Assembly: GCA_013265495.1 (NCBI GenBank)
Contig: MU057999.1
Coordinates: 868,001-932,000, forward strand
DNA: 64,000 nucleotides
Direction of reading: 5' to 3'
DNA from: Vicugna vicugna
Taxonomy: Eukaryota
In this document: piece by piece, positions 49,407-62,100 of the stretch
Numbering within the stretch: the first letter of the stretch is position 1
Layout: every line of letters starts with the position of its first letter
The notes under the pieces: generated by a model
The model's input: the letters and a program-made list of their open reading frames with translations, nothing else
The model's database searches: none
Told to the model about the DNA's origin: nothing
Program-made: the position numbers and the translations under genes

Positions 49407-52400
49407 AAATTTGTTAATATATAATCCCACATGTTGAAAATAAGATCCTTTATTTGAAAGAACGATAGCTTTTTAAAAAAAGTCTTTGTCGAATGCCCTT
49501 CTTTTCCGTGTTCATTTCTTTATTTTTCTGGAACAAACTCTGTTTCTTTCAGTTTCTTCAACCCTATTTTTGATTATTCTTGGCTTATAAGAACTCATTC
49601 AAGCTTCCTTTCCCCCTAACATCTTTTAAGTCTTTCGGTCCGGCTACTAGTTCAGAACCAGTGACCAGAGCTGTTCACTGTTGAGTAACATACCCAGTCC
49701 AGGTGCTGGATTCAGTCTTTCAGGCTGACAGTGCCCGTCCCCTTGGGTGAATGTCTCTGCCCACCTACTCCACCCACTGACCTCAGAATTTCCTCTAATG
49801 AAAACCCAGTTATTTGGGAGAGTGTTTCATCTTTGGGGATTGCCCTCCTCTCTCCCTTTTGCTCTGAACCCCATCAGGGTGCGCTTCCTGCCCCCTGCTT
49901 GCCCACAGGTAGAGCCTAAATGTGAACAGTCCCAATGCGAGCAGCAGGCCCCCTCCCCTCTCAGGCCTTTCTACAGCCTTGGGGGCCATGGGTTTGCTAC
50001 CCAGAGAGCTGACAGCACACAAGCCCATGGGATGTCCATGCCCCACACTGTCTTCCTGACCCAGGAGGAAGAGGCAGAGGCGGCTGGACATCCTGATCCC
50101 CCTGGGTCCTCTCCCCACCCTGGCTCCCCGAGTGGCCAGGCCTTTATGGTCCCCCCCACCGCCCGCACCCCCCCCCCCCCATCTCCATTCCTGCCCGTAG
50201 CGGTAAGCTGTGTGCCGGCCCTTGCCTCTGGGCCACAAAGGGCTCTGTAGACAGACATTGTGTGCTGTTTGCCAACACGGGGGCCCGGGTACACAGAGGG
50301 GGCGAGGGAGAGGCCAGCTGCTCTCTCCTTTCACACAGACCTTTGCTTTCTCCCTTTCAGCCTCCCCCTCGCCTCTCTGTCTTTGAACGTGCAGACAAAA
50401 ATTTAAAAAGCGGTTGCTAATTAGAGCCAGAGAATGAGGGTGAGCCTGGAAGAGGGGTGCAGCCGAGAGGCCAGCTCCATGCAGATCAGCCAGGGAGGGA
50501 AGGACGGGGCCCCAGAAGGGGCTGGGGAGGGACGTTTTGACAAAATAAGCAGCAAGGCTTCTTCAGGATGGTGGAGAGGGATTTTGCCTTAACCTCCCCT
50601 CGTAAACGGGGAGGGAACAAGACCTGACAGAGCTTCTTGTAAACTCCCGTGGCCGGCACTCACCCACCCTAGCCCTCCTTATCTCTGTCCCTCTAGCCCA
50701 GTAAACAATATTGTCTACTTTGGGAACATTTAAGTGTATCCTTTATTCGTAGTTTCGGTCCTGGCTGATGGAGAGCGGGCAATCACGGGCTTCTCTTCCC
50801 AGCCAGGGCGGGCTGAGCGGGGAGCTTCCGCGTGTTGGAGCCGCTGAGTCACCAGGAAGCCCCAGCTTGGAAAATGTCTTCTGACAAATCAAGGCTTTCC
50901 GTCAACGCTTTTTTCTCACCCAGTCCTATTCTTGGTTCCCTGAGGGATTTCTTTTCCTGACCCGGTGTCATTAAGTTTGCTAAAAGCAGCCCCGATGCCC
51001 CGTGCTGAGGTGCTGGTTGCCTGGTGGGTGGCTGGCTGGGGGGAGAGCAGGCAGTGTTAGGACGGGACCCTGAGCCCTTTCAACCCACGGCAGCCTCAGG
51101 GAAGGTTCTAGATACCCACAGCAACAGGGCCAGGGGCATCTACCTGCCAGAGCTTAGAATGGAGCGGCCAGGCTCAGTGAAGGCCTGGAGGTGCCTGGGA
51201 GGACCGGCTTTGGAGAGCTGTCAGTCGTGGGGAGGGAGAGTTTCCTGGCAACTTGGCCTGTCTAGAGATGCAGTTTCTCCAGGGATATGGGGAACGAACC
51301 CAAGATGCAGACATGCAAAGGTTTTGATGTCAGTGCCCTGTGCATCGAAAAAATGAGGTAATTTTCAGATTTTCTTGTGAATGTAGATGAAGAAAAGGAG
51401 AACAGCATGATGTGGAAGGCTCACACACGCTGGTACTAACTAGTTAGGGAGGAAGAAAGGAGAAGGAAATAGAACCTGGAGAGAAAGGCTGGTAACTAGC
51501 TCATCCTTCTCCGCTGGTGGCTGCTTAAGGTGATGGCCTCATGTGAGAAGAGAGACCAAGCTGGAATCTATTGAGAAAATCCTTGGATTCTGGGATGAGG
51601 GATCAAAATGCACTTTTCCGGACTCCATCCGCAGTGGACTGTGTCTAGCACACAATGTGCTTCTCTAGGAGCCCAGTGCACCCAGTCTTAACCCTGACCA
51701 AGGACTCCTCTAGAAAACAATGGCTTGGGTCTGTGTATTATGCAACTAGCCAGGCCACAGAGCTGTTGAGAAAACAGCCAGGCATGGGTAGTTGTCCAGA
51801 GCTGGTGGCAGGAAAGCTCGGGTTGTTCCGTCTGGGCTCTGTGCTTCTTAGCAGAATGACCTCTCTGGGACCAGTGTTGCTCTGCGTTAAATGGTTTTAC
51901 AACACTGGGCTCTGGGTTTCTGGGAAGACTCCATGAGAATCTGTCTGGGTTTAGATTCTCTGGGTTCAGCCAAGATCTTGGCACATTGCAGGGGTTCAAA
52001 ATGGGATGTTGCTATTATCAACATTTTTATTATTAAATTAACCAGAGGATAATTTTCTCTCTATCTCTGGTGGTGGTTCTCTTGAGGCATATGAGAACTG
52101 TGGAAAGAATGTGGTAAATTTACAGAGTCCCAGGAAGTATTAAGGTTTTGTTAACATGATCTGGGTCGCAAATACGTAAAGTATTTCACAGTCTCTGAAA
52201 GACAGTGGAAGCCACCCATCTTGTCATAAATGGAAATGAGCTTTTCCGGTTTGTCATGGCAAAATTAAACTTTTCTAGAATTCTTTTTTTATTTTTGGTA
52301 ACTTTAAATTTTATTTAAAAAGTTGTCATACAGAAAATTCAACTTATTTTGGCAGACAGTTTGAAAAATTTGAACCTATGTATAGATTTTGTGTAGCCAC

Positions 52401-53055
52401 CATAAAAATCCAGATACAGAAGAGATGCCTTCTGCTTTCCCACTGCCCCCTCCCATCCCCAACCCCTGGCGATCAATGACCTGTCCTCCCTCGTGTCACC
52501 TTTTGAGACTGGCTTCTTTCCCTCAGCCTGACACCTGTGACAGTCATCCAAATTGCTGTTCGTGTCAATTTGCTCCTTTTTCTTGCTGAGCAGAATTCCA
52601 GGAGATGGAGGCACCATATTTGACTTACCTATTCACCTGCTGCAGCACATCTGGATTGTTTCCAGTTTTTGGTGATTATCAATATAGTTGTAAACGTTCA
52701 GGTACAGGTTTTTGGGTAGACAGACATGCTCATTTCTCTAGGGTTAATCCCCAGGGGAGGGATTGCTAGGTCACATGGAAATAGTATGTTTATCTGCTAG
52801 GCTGAGTGGCTGTACCATTTTGTGTTACCACAGGCAGTTGCCCTGCATCCTTGTAGCTCTTGGTATTGTCAGCATTTTTTACTTTAGTCATTCGAATTAG
52901 TGTGTCGTATCTCATGGTGGTTTTAATTTGCATTTCTTTAGTGAATAATGATGTTGAATATCTTTTATGTGCTTATTTGCCATCTGTTTATACTGTTTGG
53001 TGAAGTGTGTATTCAACATTTTCGCCTACATTTTAATTAGGCTGTTTGTTTCCTT

Positions 53056-53538
53056 TTTTTTCCATTTTATTTTTGTTTTTACATATACATACATATGTTC
53101 CTTTTCATATTCTTTTTCATTATAGGTTAGTGTAAGATATTGAACATAGTTCCCTGTGCTGTACAATATAAACTTGGTGTTTATCTGTTTTATATATAGT
53201 AGTTAGTATCTGCAAATCTCGAACTCTAATTTATCCCTTCCCATTCCCTTTACACCCTGGTAACCATAAGTTTGTTTTCTATGTCTGTGAGTCTTTCTGT
53301 TTTGTAAGTAAGTTCATTTGTGTCTTCTTTCTAGATTCTGCTTATATAAGTGATATCATATGCTATTTTTCTTTCTCTTTCTGGCTTACTTCATTTAGAA
53401 TGACATTCTCCAGGTTCATCCATGTTGCTGCAAATGGCGTTATTTTATTCCTTTTTTATGGTTCAGTGGTATTTCATTGTATAAATATACCACAACTTCT
53501 TTATCCAGTCATCTGTCGATGGACATTTAGGTTGTTTC
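53056..53538 (-). mobile_element. Young artiodactyl-type L1 3' fragment nested in the old L1
   Basis: TSD AGGCTGTTTGTTTCCTT at 53039-53055 / AGGTTGTTTGTTTTCTT at 53539-53555; homologous to 58003-58873. Confidence 0.85.
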
Positions 53539-53715
53539 AGGTTGTTTGTTTTCTTACTATTGAATTGGGAGATTTCTTTGTATATTTTGGATACAAGTCC
53601 TTTTGTTGAATGTGTGATTTAAAAATATTTTCCAGTTTGTAACTTGTCTCTTCTTTCTCTTAACAATGTCTTTTACAAAGCAAACATTTTTAATTTTCAT
53701 GAAATCCAATTTATC

Positions 53716-54258
53716 TATTAAAATCTGTTTTATTAAAGATTTTATTTCTTTTTAGAGCAATTCTAGGTTCACAGCAAAATCAAGAGGAAGGTTCAGAGAT
53801 TTCTCATATCCCCCCTACCCCAATACATTACCAGAGCGGCACATTTGTTGTAGTGGATGAATCTGTAGCATCATGATCACTCAGAATCTATAGTTTACAA
53901 TATCGTTCACTCTTGGTGTTGTACATTCTGTGAATTTGGACAAACATATAATGACATGTCCATCATTACAGTATCATACAAAGTGTTTTCACTGCCCTCA
54001 GAATCATCTGTTCTCTGCCTATTCATCCTGCTGCACATCCATCCCCCGGCAACCACTGATCATTTTACTGTCTCCGTAATTTCACCTTTTCCACAGTGTC
54101 ATAAAGTACCAATCATGCAGTATGCAGCCTTTACAAATTGGCTTCTTTCCCTTAGTAATATACATTTAAGGTTTCTCCGTGTCCTTTTGATAGTTTGACA
54201 GCTCAGTTCTTTTGAGAGCTGAATAATACTCCGTTGTCTGGAGACTCTATCCATATTT
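53716..54258 (-). mobile_element. L1MA/L1MB-type 3' fragment nested in the old L1
   Basis: TTTTAGAGCAATTCTAGGTTCACAGCAAAAT... signature; perfect 11-nt TSD TCCAATTTATC at 53705-53715 / 54259-54269. Confidence 0.8.
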
Positions 54259-54425
54259 TCCAATTTATCCAACCAATTATTTTTTCAATAGTTCCAGAAT
54301 AAGGGTCCTACTTTTGGTGTCATGTCCAGTAATTCTTTGCTCAACCCCAGGTCACAAAGGTTTTCTCTGAATGTTATCTTCTCAAAGTTTTGTAGTTTTG
54401 TGTTTTACATTCAGGTCTGTGATCA

Positions 54426-54512
54426 TTTTTTTTTTTTTAATTGAAGTAGTCAGTTACAGTGTGTCAGTTTCTGGTGTACAGGATAATGTCCCAGTCATGC
54501 ATATATGTAACA
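54426..54512 (-). mobile_element. Very short young L1 3'-end insertion
   Basis: T-run followed by AATTGAAGTAGTCAGTTACAGTGTGTCAGTTTCTGGTGTACAG, the same tail as at 28746 and ~58800. Confidence 0.8.
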
Positions 54513-54639
54513 TGTGTTTGTTTTCAGTTAGCTTCTGTTGAAGGTGTGAGGTTCAGGTTCAAGGTCATTTTATTATTATTTTGCTTTCAATGTCCAGTTG
54601 TTCCAACATCAGAGAAGGATCCTTCATCTCCTTTAAGCC

Positions 54640-54920
54640 TTTCCTTGAATATTACCTACTCAGTGGCCCCTACCCTGATCACTCTACTCACGGTGTAGAC
54701 CACCCTCCATAACCTCCCATCTCCCCTACCTCGATTTATTTTTTTCCATAGCACTTATCATCTCTAACATAGCGTATCACTTACTTACTGATTGTGTGTA
54801 TTATCTGTGTCTCTTCATTAGCACCTGGGCTGCATGAGGGCAGGGATACCTGAGGGTGCATGGAGAGGGGTCTGCTTGTTAACTGATGTGTCCTGAGTGA
54901 TCGGTAAGCACTGGGTGCAC
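54640..54920 (+). mobile_element. L2 3' fragment
   Basis: TTTTTCCATAGCACTTATCATC...CATGAGGGCAGGGAT...GTTAACTGATGTGTCC. Confidence 0.7.
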
Positions 54921-57900
54921 AAAGAGGCTGGGGTCCCCTAGGGCACATGGCTGTAGAGGGAGAAGGCATGGGGGTGGCTGGTGGGAGCTCCCACACCGCC
55001 ACAGCAATCAGATCCAGATTGAAGTGAGCTATCCAGAGCCCTGCCTCACAGGTCCATCAGGCAATACAGGTTTGTCAGAGTTTACACTCCACTCCTAACC
55101 CTTCACCCTGAGCTCTGCTCTCACTCACCAGCCCACCATATTGTTCGATGCCAGGAAGAACTTAAGCAATGAAACCATTTTTCCTCTATGTCTTAAAGTA
55201 TTTGTTCCGTGAAATTTAAGCTTTATCCCTTTCCCCCCCTTCTACTTCTGGAAAGAAAAAAAGCGTTCTAATGCCCTGGGAAAATGATCTTAAACTCTAA
55301 TCAGCCCTCCAGCCTGAGTGTGAGAAGCCACTCTGAGGAGGGGTGGTTGGCAGGCAGGGGGCTCGCGGGGAAAGCTGTTTGGGAGGCAGAGTTGGCTAGA
55401 AGAGAGGTTTCAACTGACAGCTGCTGACAGTGCTTCACTTCCAGCGATGGGGTTTAACTTATCAAGGGGGAGGCCCGGGGAATCGGAGAAGCAAAGAGAG
55501 GGAGCGGCCAGAAGAGAAGAGGGCAGGTTAGATAACATGGGGTGGGGGACTTGGTGGATTCCCGTCCTCTGTAACCAGCCCCTCTTCCTGCTGTCCCTTC
55601 ACTGAGGCCCAGCAGCCCTCGCTCTATGTCTCTTCAATGGCAGGTGGGGGGCATGCTGACGCGGTGTCTCCCTGGGGTCTGCGCTGGAATTTCTGTGTAG
55701 GCGGGGCTCGTGGCCACAGTGTGGTTGGGTGGGTGGGGAGGGAGCTGGCTGGGCACTTGAAGGCTGTGTGTGTATAGCAGGCACACTGTTCTTAAAGTGA
55801 ATGCTAATTTGGAGTGCAGGGCATTGATGGGGACAGGATGGGAGGGCAGCCGCTGAGTGTGTTGGGATCTGGCTAGGGGAGGTGGTCCTTCCCCTTCTTC
55901 GCTGCAGAGGAATTAGCTGGCCTCCCTGGATACCATCCCGCCTCCCGCCCCAAAGCGGAACCCTGCAGGTCCAGCAGATCCTGGCAAAATGCCCTTGGTT
56001 CAGCTAGCCCTGCTCTTTGATGATCTCTGAACAGCTAAGGCTCCTGGCCTCTTTGGAATCTGGTCACATACTGCGTTTGTTTCCAGAAAAGCAAACCCAT
56101 GTTGTCTCCTATTTCTGTCTCATTTCCACTACTGGATAGACCCAGTTGGCTAATTTTTCCTTTTGATAAATTTGTTTCCGTTCAGTGGGAGGGGCTGCTG
56201 ATTTTGAGTCATCAGACTTTAACGAAGACGCTCATTAACACTCGTGATAATTCATAGAAAAGAAGCCCTCCCAGAGCTGGCTGAAATGTTCTCCTTTGTC
56301 TTTTTTTTTTTTTTTTGAAGTGTTACCAGCTTAAATGGAGGTCTTAATTACAGATCAGAAACAGAAACTTAGCAGTGTCTGAGAACTGCTTCTCGCCTGT
56401 TCCCTTGGCCACACCTACCTCGCCGTGGCTCCTCTTGGGGAAGACCTGTCCCACAGAGGCTGCCTCTCCCTATTGGTCCCCATCCTTTCTCCCCCTTTGA
56501 AGCATCCTTGCTGTGAGTCATCACTGAGTGCAGGGCTTCTCAGCTGTACTGAGAGTGCCTAGATCTTTGGGTCTTTCTCTGAAAATACACGTATGGTAAT
56601 GTCAAAACAGGGTTACCACACTGGTATGATATAACTGTTTGCATTCAACAAATAAATGCTTTCAACACAAAAACTGCAATACGTAATGTTATGCTATGAG
56701 AAGATACTTGCAGGGTTTTTAAAGCATGTTCACATGCAGCACCCTGGAGGCCGGCTAGTTGGATAATGGGGGACGCAGTTTGAGATTGTGATGGATTCCT
56801 CATTTTAGTCCTGAGAGGCTCTCTCACTGTGTGTGAATTTGAGGGTTTTCCAGAATGGAAGTGAGGCCAGCTAGCCCTCCTGCCTCACTGCTGGGAGCTG
56901 GGCTTGGCCCCTGAGTCTGGAGCGCAGGCAGCTGTGATTGAGGTGGGGGCCTCTTGCACCTGCAAATTCCAGTGGCCCCTCAGCCTCATCCCCGTCTCTG
57001 GGAGCCTGGTCTGATTCCTCTTCTTGCTCCCTCTTCAGCCCTGGTGGGTGCGCCACAGACCCATTTGGAACCACTGGGAGTCTAGAGAACAGGTCAATCT
57101 GATGGCCCACTGAGCAGATGGGGGAGGGATGCTGGCACTGTCATTCTGCTTTCTGTGATGTGGGGACCGTGTCATCCTGCACGAGTCCTGTCCCATGGCA
57201 CCCCTGGTGGCCTACAGGGTCGTGGGCATCTGTGTGCCCTGACACCAGGGTACCAGGGTCTGCAGCCTGTTTCAAGGGCAGGCCCCCAGCAAAAAGGACT
57301 GCTCCCCTGGCTGTCTTGACTGGCTCCGTGCCTTTCCCAGGGAGCAGGGCAAAGGGGCCCGAGGGTGAAGCTCAGGGCTGACCACGGTTCAGGCCAGGCC
57401 TAGCTCAGCTTGCTTCTTTGTTCTGGGGGAGTCCACCACAGCTCTGGCAGTAGGAGGAAAGCTGAACTTCTAAAAGCTCTCCTTGTCTATATGCTGATCT
57501 TTCAAAAGAAATCATCTGAGCAGAATTTAAATGCCCAGGAGTGACGGGGTGGGTTAGGGCTAGAGATTGTCAAAGAACCTGGGGAGAAAACATTTGTGGA
57601 ATACTTAATCCTGAAAGAAAGCACTGCGGCTCCTGGCTCCAAGGCCTGAGCAGGAGAGCGTGCCTTGTCTCTTCAGGGCGGTGCTGAGAAGTGTTGTCTG
57701 ACCTGGAAAAACAGAGACACATGTCTGCAGGTGGGATGAGCCAAAGGCCAGTGGGAAGTTGGTGATTTGGCTGAGGGGATGGTCTTCGGACAGCTGCCTG
57801 TGGGATGGAGGGTGTGTCCCGTCTCTCTGCCTTCCTGTTGGAGACCCTGCCAACTGCTGTGGCCTCTCACCAAACCCCATCCCAGCACTCCAGGGTCACC

Positions 57901-58002
57901 CCCATCTCCAGATTCATCTTCCTAAATCCCAGATGGCTCTGCTCACAAATAGCTCATCACTGTAGGAGCACATTCTCAAGCAAGCATTCAAAAGGGCACA
58001 CA

Positions 58003-58350
58003 TCAAAACTACAATGAGGTGTCCACCTCACACCAGTCAGAATGGCCATCATTAAAAAGTCCACAAATGATAAATGCTGGAGAGGGTGTGGAGAGAAGGG
58101 AACCCTCCTGCACTATTAGGAATGCAGTTTGGTGCAGCCATTATGGAAAATAGTATGGAGGTTCCTCAAAAAACTGAAAATAGACTAACCATATGATCTA
58201 GCAATCCCACTCCTGGGCATATATCCAGAAGGAACTTTAATTTGAAAAAATACATGCACCCCCAATGTTCATAGCAGCACTATTTACAATAGCTAAGACA
58301 TGGAAACAACCTAAATGTCCATCAACAGATGACTGGATAAAGAAGATGTA

Positions 58351-58401
<51 letters not shown>

Positions 58402-58873
58402 GGAATACTACTCAACTATAAAAAAGAATAAAATACTGCCATTTGCAGCAACTTGGATGGACCTGGAAATCATCATTCTAAGTGAAGTAAGCCAGAAAGA
58501 GAAAGAAAAATACTATATGATTATCACTCATATGTGGAATCTAAAAAAAGAAAAAAGAGAATACTAATGAACTTATCTACAGAAGAGAAACAGACTCACA
58601 GACGTAGTAAACAATCTTACGGTCCCCTGGGTCGGGGGAAAGGGGGTAGGAAGGGATAAATTGAGAGTTTGAGATTTGCAAATATTAACTAGTATATATA
58701 AATAAACAGATTTATACTGTACAGCACAGGGAACTATATTCAATATCTTGTAGTAACCTATAATGAGAAAGAATATGAAAAAGAATATATGTATCTACAT
58801 GTATGACTGAAACATTATGCTGTACACCAGAAATTGACACATTGTAAACTGACTATATTTCAATTTAAAAAAC
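58003..58873 (+). mobile_element. 5'-truncated young L1 (ORF2 end plus 3'UTR) containing an (AC)n microsatellite at ~58353-58399
   Basis: CACCTCACACCAGTCAGAATGGCCATCATTAAAAAGTC...ATTTACAATAGCTAAGACATGGAAACAACCTAAATGTCCATCAACAGATGACTGGATAAAGAAG. TSD AAAGGGCACACA at 57991-58002 / AAAGTGCACACA at 58874-58885. Confidence 0.93.
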
Positions 58874-58914
58874 AAAGTGCACACACACCCACAGACACGA
58901 CAAGGCTCCAAAGC

Positions 58915-59150
58915 TTGGCTGAGAGTGTAGACTCTGACTCTGGGACCAGAGCACCTGGCTTTGTACTCAGTCTCCACCACCTGCTAGCTGTTCCACCTTG
59001 GGTAGGTTACTTTACTTCTCTGTGCCTCTCAGCTGTAAAGTGGGCGTAATTGTAACCTACTTCTTAGGGTAGTTGTGAAAATTGAGTGACTTACTGCATG
59101 CAAAATGCGCCTTTCACTGCTGGCTCTCCTAGGGCATTCAGTGTGCATGT
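58915..59150 (+). mobile_element. MIR SINE
   Basis: CCTTGGGTAGGTTACTTTACTTCTCTGTGCCTC...CTGTAAAGTGGG...ACCTACTTCTTAGGGTAGTTGTGAAAATT. Confidence 0.8.
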
Positions 59151-62100
59151 TACTATTTTTAACTCACAGGGAGCGTGCTGGTGCCCCTCCCCCTTCAAGT
59201 CCAAATGTGCACATTGTAAATCTCATCAGCCACTCTCCCTGAACTTCTATGTCTTCTATGAACAGTTTTTGATTTCCTGATTTAATTGCCAACTGGAGTA
59301 ATAATTGACTTTTCTGTTTCTACTTGTCTCCCAGCCCATGATCTATTTGCCTCTCTGCCTCCCAACTGAGGAGGCAGACCTGAAGCCCCAGAAGGGTCCT
59401 CGTCCCGTTCTTCCTCATGACCCTGTTTCTTGCAGGGGAGGGCCTTCGGCACGGGGCTCCTCCCTACCTCCCTGCTGCCTTCTTCCTTCCCCAGGGCTGC
59501 TACCCTCCCCCAGCCCCACCCTCTGTCTCTTTCTGTCCTCCCTCTCCCCGTCTCTTCCTTCTCCATTTGTCTTGTTTCTCTGACCTCGCCCACCTCTCTC
59601 TTAATGAGAACTTTCACATGTCATATTGATTGGGACTTATAAAAACCCAGCATTGATTTTTCTGGGGCACTTTTCATGATCTTATTTTTAAATGTAGGAA
59701 GAAAGTGGTTTTAAAAGCCATTGACTTTGTTCTACTGAGTTAGGAGTCGAGGTTGGCAACTCTTTTCTGGAGACTCAGAGAACTTGGGGACCTCAGATAC
59801 CATGTCTCATGAACTGGGGTCAGGGCTGCCCCCTGTCCCCGACCAACCAATTCACAGGCTCGAGTCGGGGCAGAAAGCCTTGAGCAGGGGAGGCCTTGCA
59901 TACTGGCCTGTCCTTGAGGACAAGGCTAAAGAGAATGTGTAGAGATGGGCAAAGACCAAGTGGACATACTCTTGGGGACTCAGTAAGGGGGAGGTGGGGG
60001 AAGGATCCTGGTGGGGCTTTGCTGGTGTGGCCACGGCTCCCACTGCTCAGCCATAAGGGACAGTTTGTCTCATCTCTTACCCCTGACAGCCCGTCGTGAT
60101 CCAAGGTCTATGCCATGTGCCCGCTGGTGCTGTGCTGAGGGCCCTGCCTGCCTCATCTCAGATCTGTAAAGATGGAGTAAGAGAGAGATCTAAGTGGGCA
60201 GAATGAGGGAGGGAAAAGTCAGTCTCCTGCCTCCTGGAGGATGTGTGTGCTCACCCATGCAGGCTGCTTTAAATCTTTTGGGGAAGGAAGCTGGATAGAC
60301 ATTAAAGAACCAACAGAGTCAAGGGAATAGATGACGATATTGGATGAAGGGAAATAAAGGCAGGGAAATAAGATGTTCTGTGGCTGAGGGTCCTGATGCC
60401 CATGGTCAGAGGCGGGTCCTCTGTATGGACTGGTTGGTTGTCACCAGGTTTGCCCTGTCCCCCCAACCCCTTGGGTTCTATAGCCATGTGTTGTGACCAC
60501 TCCTCCCCACATGAGTTCAGAGCTCTATGGAAGCAGCCAGGAAAGCAGCAGCCTGGCCACGTCTCCTCTGGGCCTGGCTCCGGGGCAGGGGCAGGGAGGA
60601 AGGGTCAAGGGCACAGCTGGGTCCGTGCAAGAGCCCCTCTGGGCACCATAGCGTGGCGGTCCCTGGCAACAGCATCCTCACCTGGCTCAGTCAGGGCAGC
60701 ATCAGGCAGGAACAACTCGTGGGAAAGCTGCAAGGGATCAAACCATCCTGAGATGACTGGGGACCTTTGGCCTGCTTGCCAACTTCCGGATATTGTCTAC
60801 ATTTTGTTGCAGAACACTTTTGCTCTTTTTTCACCTGGCCAACTTCTCCCCAGGTTTGGATTTTAGCTTACAGGTCCCTGTATCCAGAAGCCACACCATC
60901 TCCTCTGGGTGCCTCATATACTGTCCACCGCCCAGGCATTCTTCTGTGATGCTACACGGACTTCTCTAAAACTGCATCCTATGGTACCAGTGCTTCTGGG
61001 GAAAGAAAGGTCAGGGCTTGTCCTTCAACATGTGGAAACTCTGTAGTCAAAGCCCGAAGGAAAACAGCAAATCTACTAAAAACAGTAGCCCCGATAAATC
61101 TCTGCCTTCTTATAGGTGGAGGCTTTGTAACCTTCAACCCTGGGGCCCTGCACTCTTCCAGGAAAGGTAGGTTCTGGAGGGCGTTTGCTTTTGGTTGAGA
61201 CCCAGTTTGTCAAAATTAAAGATCTGAAGCTCCTTGTGGGTATTTTAGGACAGGCAGCCAAGTCTCCGTGGCCACTCCATTTGCAGTCCCGCCTCTGTAA
61301 TCCCACCTCTGTAGCTTAACCGAGGGGTGGAGCTGAGGTGCTTGAAGCTGCTAGGAGGCCACAGCTCATATGGAAGGAAGTGCCAGTGTAGACTTTCAAC
61401 CTGCTCCCTGTGTCACAAAGTGCTGTCACAGTGAGTAGCCCGGTATGTGGAGGAGAGAGCCTCAGACAATCTCCGGCCCCTGGCCAGAGGAGGGGCAGGA
61501 GGGGCTACAAGACATTCATCCCGGGGACAACGGATGCCCAAGTCCCACATCCTGTTTGTCGTTTCCTGGGGACCCACACCATGTTGATGCCCCCAAATAC
61601 CTGTTTCCTTATTTTTGGGCTTTCTTTTCAGGGAAGACAGCAGGGCTCATAGTGCTTTGGGCAGACTCTCCCTCAATGACTGGGACACCCTCTGGTCCCT
61701 TCCTTCCCATGACTGCACCCCAGTTTCTCACCATCATCTTGAGCACATTCAGTCTTCCCAGGATGAGGGGCCCCCAGTTTGCTCCTGGCTGAAAAGCCTC
61801 TGTTTCTTTTATGTGTGTGGGGTGCTCCCCAGCAGGATTGTGCTCTGTGACTCTCCCTGCTCTCCCTCCCCTCTGCCTTCTCAGCTGTTCCCCTCTCACC
61901 CCACCTCCACACTGGCAGGATGAGTTTCCCCTTCTCCCAGGATGCCCCCCGGGTTGTCCACAGGAGCTATAAGGGTAGAGGACTGACCCCAGAGAACGTG
62001 GGGAGTCTTCAGGGCTGGGAACGGAGCCCCTGGCCTTCCCAGGCCAGGCTTGGGGGATGGCTCTACTTGTGGAGGAAGGAGTCAAAGGAGACTAGCCCTC

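Larger units (their letters stand above)
52285..54610 (-). mobile_element. Old L1 (L1MB/MC-like) carrying three nested younger L1 3'-end insertions
   Basis: Antisense L1 motifs (GTATCTCATGGTGGTTTTAATTTGCATTTC, GATACAAGTCCTTT, TGTCCAGTTGTTCCAACA) resume after each insert. Confidence 0.85.
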
